DNA from: Octopus sinensis | Taxonomy: Eukaryota | Assembly (NCBI RefSeq): GCF_006345805.1 | Contig: NC_043000.1 | Coordinates: 149,358,001 to 149,422,000, forward strand | Direction: 5' to 3' | DNA length: 64,000 nt | Shown: positions 61,730 to 64,000 of the stretch, piece after piece | Position numbering within the stretch: the first letter of the stretch is position 1 | Layout: every line of letters starts with the position of its first letter | The notes under the pieces: model-generated | Told to the model about the DNA's origin: nothing | Seen by the model: the letters and a program-made list of their open reading frames with translations, nothing else | Databases searched by the model: none | Position numbers and translations under genes: made by a program

Positions 61730-64000
61730 GTTTCTACCTACGCCTTTTCTACAAATCGAGCAGGGCCATCTACCAGAAGGAGTTTGTGGTTTGTCTACCT
61801 TCCTACTTATTAGGACTTTGGTTTTAGCTAGGTTGACTCTAAGGCCCTTCGATTCTAATCCTTGCTTCCACACCTGAAACTTCTCCTCTAGTTCTGATAG
61901 TGACTCAGCAATTAGAGCAAGTTCATCAGCATAGAGGAGCTCCCAGTGGCATCCTGTCTTGAATTCCTCTGTTATTGCCTGGACAACTATGATAAATAGG
62001 AAGGGGCTGAGGACTGAACCTTGGTGGACCCCAACCTCTACCCGGAATTCTTCACTGTACTCGTTGCCAACCCTCACCTTACTGATGGCATCCTTGTACA
62101 TGGCTCGCACAGCTCTCACTAACCATTCATCTATCCCTAGTTTCCTCATTGACCACCAGATGAGGGATTGTGGGACCCTGTCAAAGGCTTTCTCCATGTC
62201 AACGAAAGCCATGTACAGAGGTTTATCTTTGGCTAGGTATTTCTCCTGCAGCTGTCTTAGTAGAAATATAGCATCAGTGGTGCACTTCCCTGGCACGAAC
62301 CCAAACTGCATCTCATCTAAACTGACTCTCTCCCTAATTAGTTGGGCTATGAACCTCTCTGTAACCTTCATTACCTGATCCAACAACTTGATACCTCTGT
62401 AATTATTTGTATCTAAATCTTCACCTTTACCTTTGTAGCAGTTGACTACGGTGCTCCTACACCAGTCATTGGGTATGGCTCCTTCGTGTATTACCTGGTT
62501 AACTATACGAATGACTAGGCTATATCCGACACTGACTGATATTTTGAGCATCTCTGCAGTGATTCCTGGTGAGCCGGGGGCTTTCCCTGCCTTCATACTC
62601 TTGATTGCTTTATCTACCAAGGTATTGTCATTTCGGATAGCTAGTGCCTCTGTTGGGTCAACATTCAGCAGACTCTCTTTATTGAGCAACCTTTCATAGT
62701 GGCGTCTCCAAACCTCTCTCTTTGCAGCCTCGTTTAGTGCAAGTGAACCATCACCCATACAGACACATTTCTCTCCTATGACATCACGATTCTCTCTCAC
62801 ACCCTGTCTTGCAACACGAAATACCTCAAGTCTTTGGTCCGCACGGCGCAGAACATTGGCAAATTTTTTCTTATCTGCTTCCCCACTGGCTGAATAAACC
62901 TGTCTCCTAGCTTCCCTTCTGGCAGTCTGATACAATTCCCTGCTACCTCCGTTCTTCCATTCCTTCCAAGCCTGTTTCTTTTGTCTAATAGCCCTGTCAG
63001 CCACATTGTTCCACCACCACGTTACCTTGGGTTGAGAGGGGACTTTGCATCATCCACAGATCTGGTCAGTGGCTCTCAGCTGGTTGTCCTGTAGAAACCT
63101 CCAGTTGTCTTCCACATTATGTGATGCTATATCCCCTTCTATTTCATCAAAGGCTTTGATTAATACGTCTCTAAATCATTGTCCATTTGCATGATCTTTA
63201 AGCTTCCAGACCCTTCTCCTCCAAGCTGGTCATCTTCAGAGCATCCACTTAGCCCTGATCCTGAAGTTGCTAACTACTAATCTATGTTGAGGGATACATT
63301 CTTCGCCTGGGAAGGTTTTGGCATTTATAAGCAGCCCTCTTTCCCTTTTTCTGGCGAGGATGTAGTCAATTTGGCTAGTGTGTCTGCCAGAACGATAGGT
63401 GACTAGGTGACAGGCGGGTTTCCTGAAGTTGGTATTGCAAACCATAAGATCATTTACATTTCAGAACTCCAGCAGTCTGGTTCCCTCCTCATTGCGGGAA
63501 CCTAAACTATAGCTTCCGTGTATGCTATGGAAGCCCCCTGCATGTTGTATGCCACATCCATTGAAATCACCAGCCACAAAGAGAAAGTCCCTGTCATATA
63601 TCAACGAGGTAGTCTGCAATAGGGTGTCATAAAATCGGTCTTTCTGCCCATCCGGTAGCCCCGGTTGAGGGGCATAGGCCGAGATAATGGTAGCTAACCT
63701 ATGGTGAAGCACTAATATAATCTTAAGTACTCTGTCACATACTCTGACTACCTCGATTACCTTATCAACCCATTTCTCCACAAGAAGTATACCCACGCCC
63801 CCGACCCCGTCAATGTTCCCTGCCCAGAAAATCATGTACCTGTGTTTCTTGCCTGTGAGGAACCTAACAGAACCTCCTCTCCACCTTACTTCTTGGAAGC
63901 AGCACAAATCTGCACATTTCCGTTCAAGCATCTCAACAATCTCACCAGACCTACCTTTCAGTGTGCCAACGTTGAGTGTGCCAACTCTGAGGGCGTGGGA
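61730..64000 (-). mobile_element. RTE-clade LINE (APE endonuclease and RT), 3'-truncated, running off the right edge
   Basis: APE motifs FQEVRW, GVG, SAYAPQ, GDFN and QIDYIL. RT motifs NYRGIKLL, QFGF, FVDMEKAFD, GVHQGSVLSP and LYADE. Confidence 0.93.

Noticed and set aside
61586-61730. C-terminal extension of the 472-aa RTE ORF
   Set aside because: It is chance read-through into the antisense 3' UTR of ORF1-only copy 3 after the RTE truncation.

Overview
This is AT-rich eukaryotic DNA packed with microsatellites and decayed transposons. The SINE/LINE repertoire resembles an octopus (coleoid cephalopod) genome, but that is an inference from remembered repeat families. One host gene can be built on the + strand from three phase-compatible coding exons (18249-18333, 35901-35962, 42932-43867). 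It encodes a 360-aa type II membrane protein with an HtrL/YibB(WlaTC)-like putative glycosyltransferase domain. The rest is repeats: Penelope-like elements with hammerhead ribozyme motifs, CR1-, RTE- and R4/Dong-type LINEs, several tRNA-derived SINE families, mariner/Tc1, hAT, piggyBac-type and Helitron-type elements, and two Gypsy remnants. The most unusual feature is a cluster at 53.2-61.7 kb of four copies of a ~1.8-kb element. It carries a single ORF1/Gag-like ORF (RRM-like region, CCHC knuckle, conserved C-terminal domain) and no reverse transcriptase. Its 3' UTR holds a covarying predicted pseudoknot, and its 3' tail is shared with a local Nin-domain SINE family. This is a candidate non-autonomous 'ORF1-only' retroelement/SINE system. 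Repeat boundaries were read by eye and are approximate unless TIRs/TSDs are quoted.
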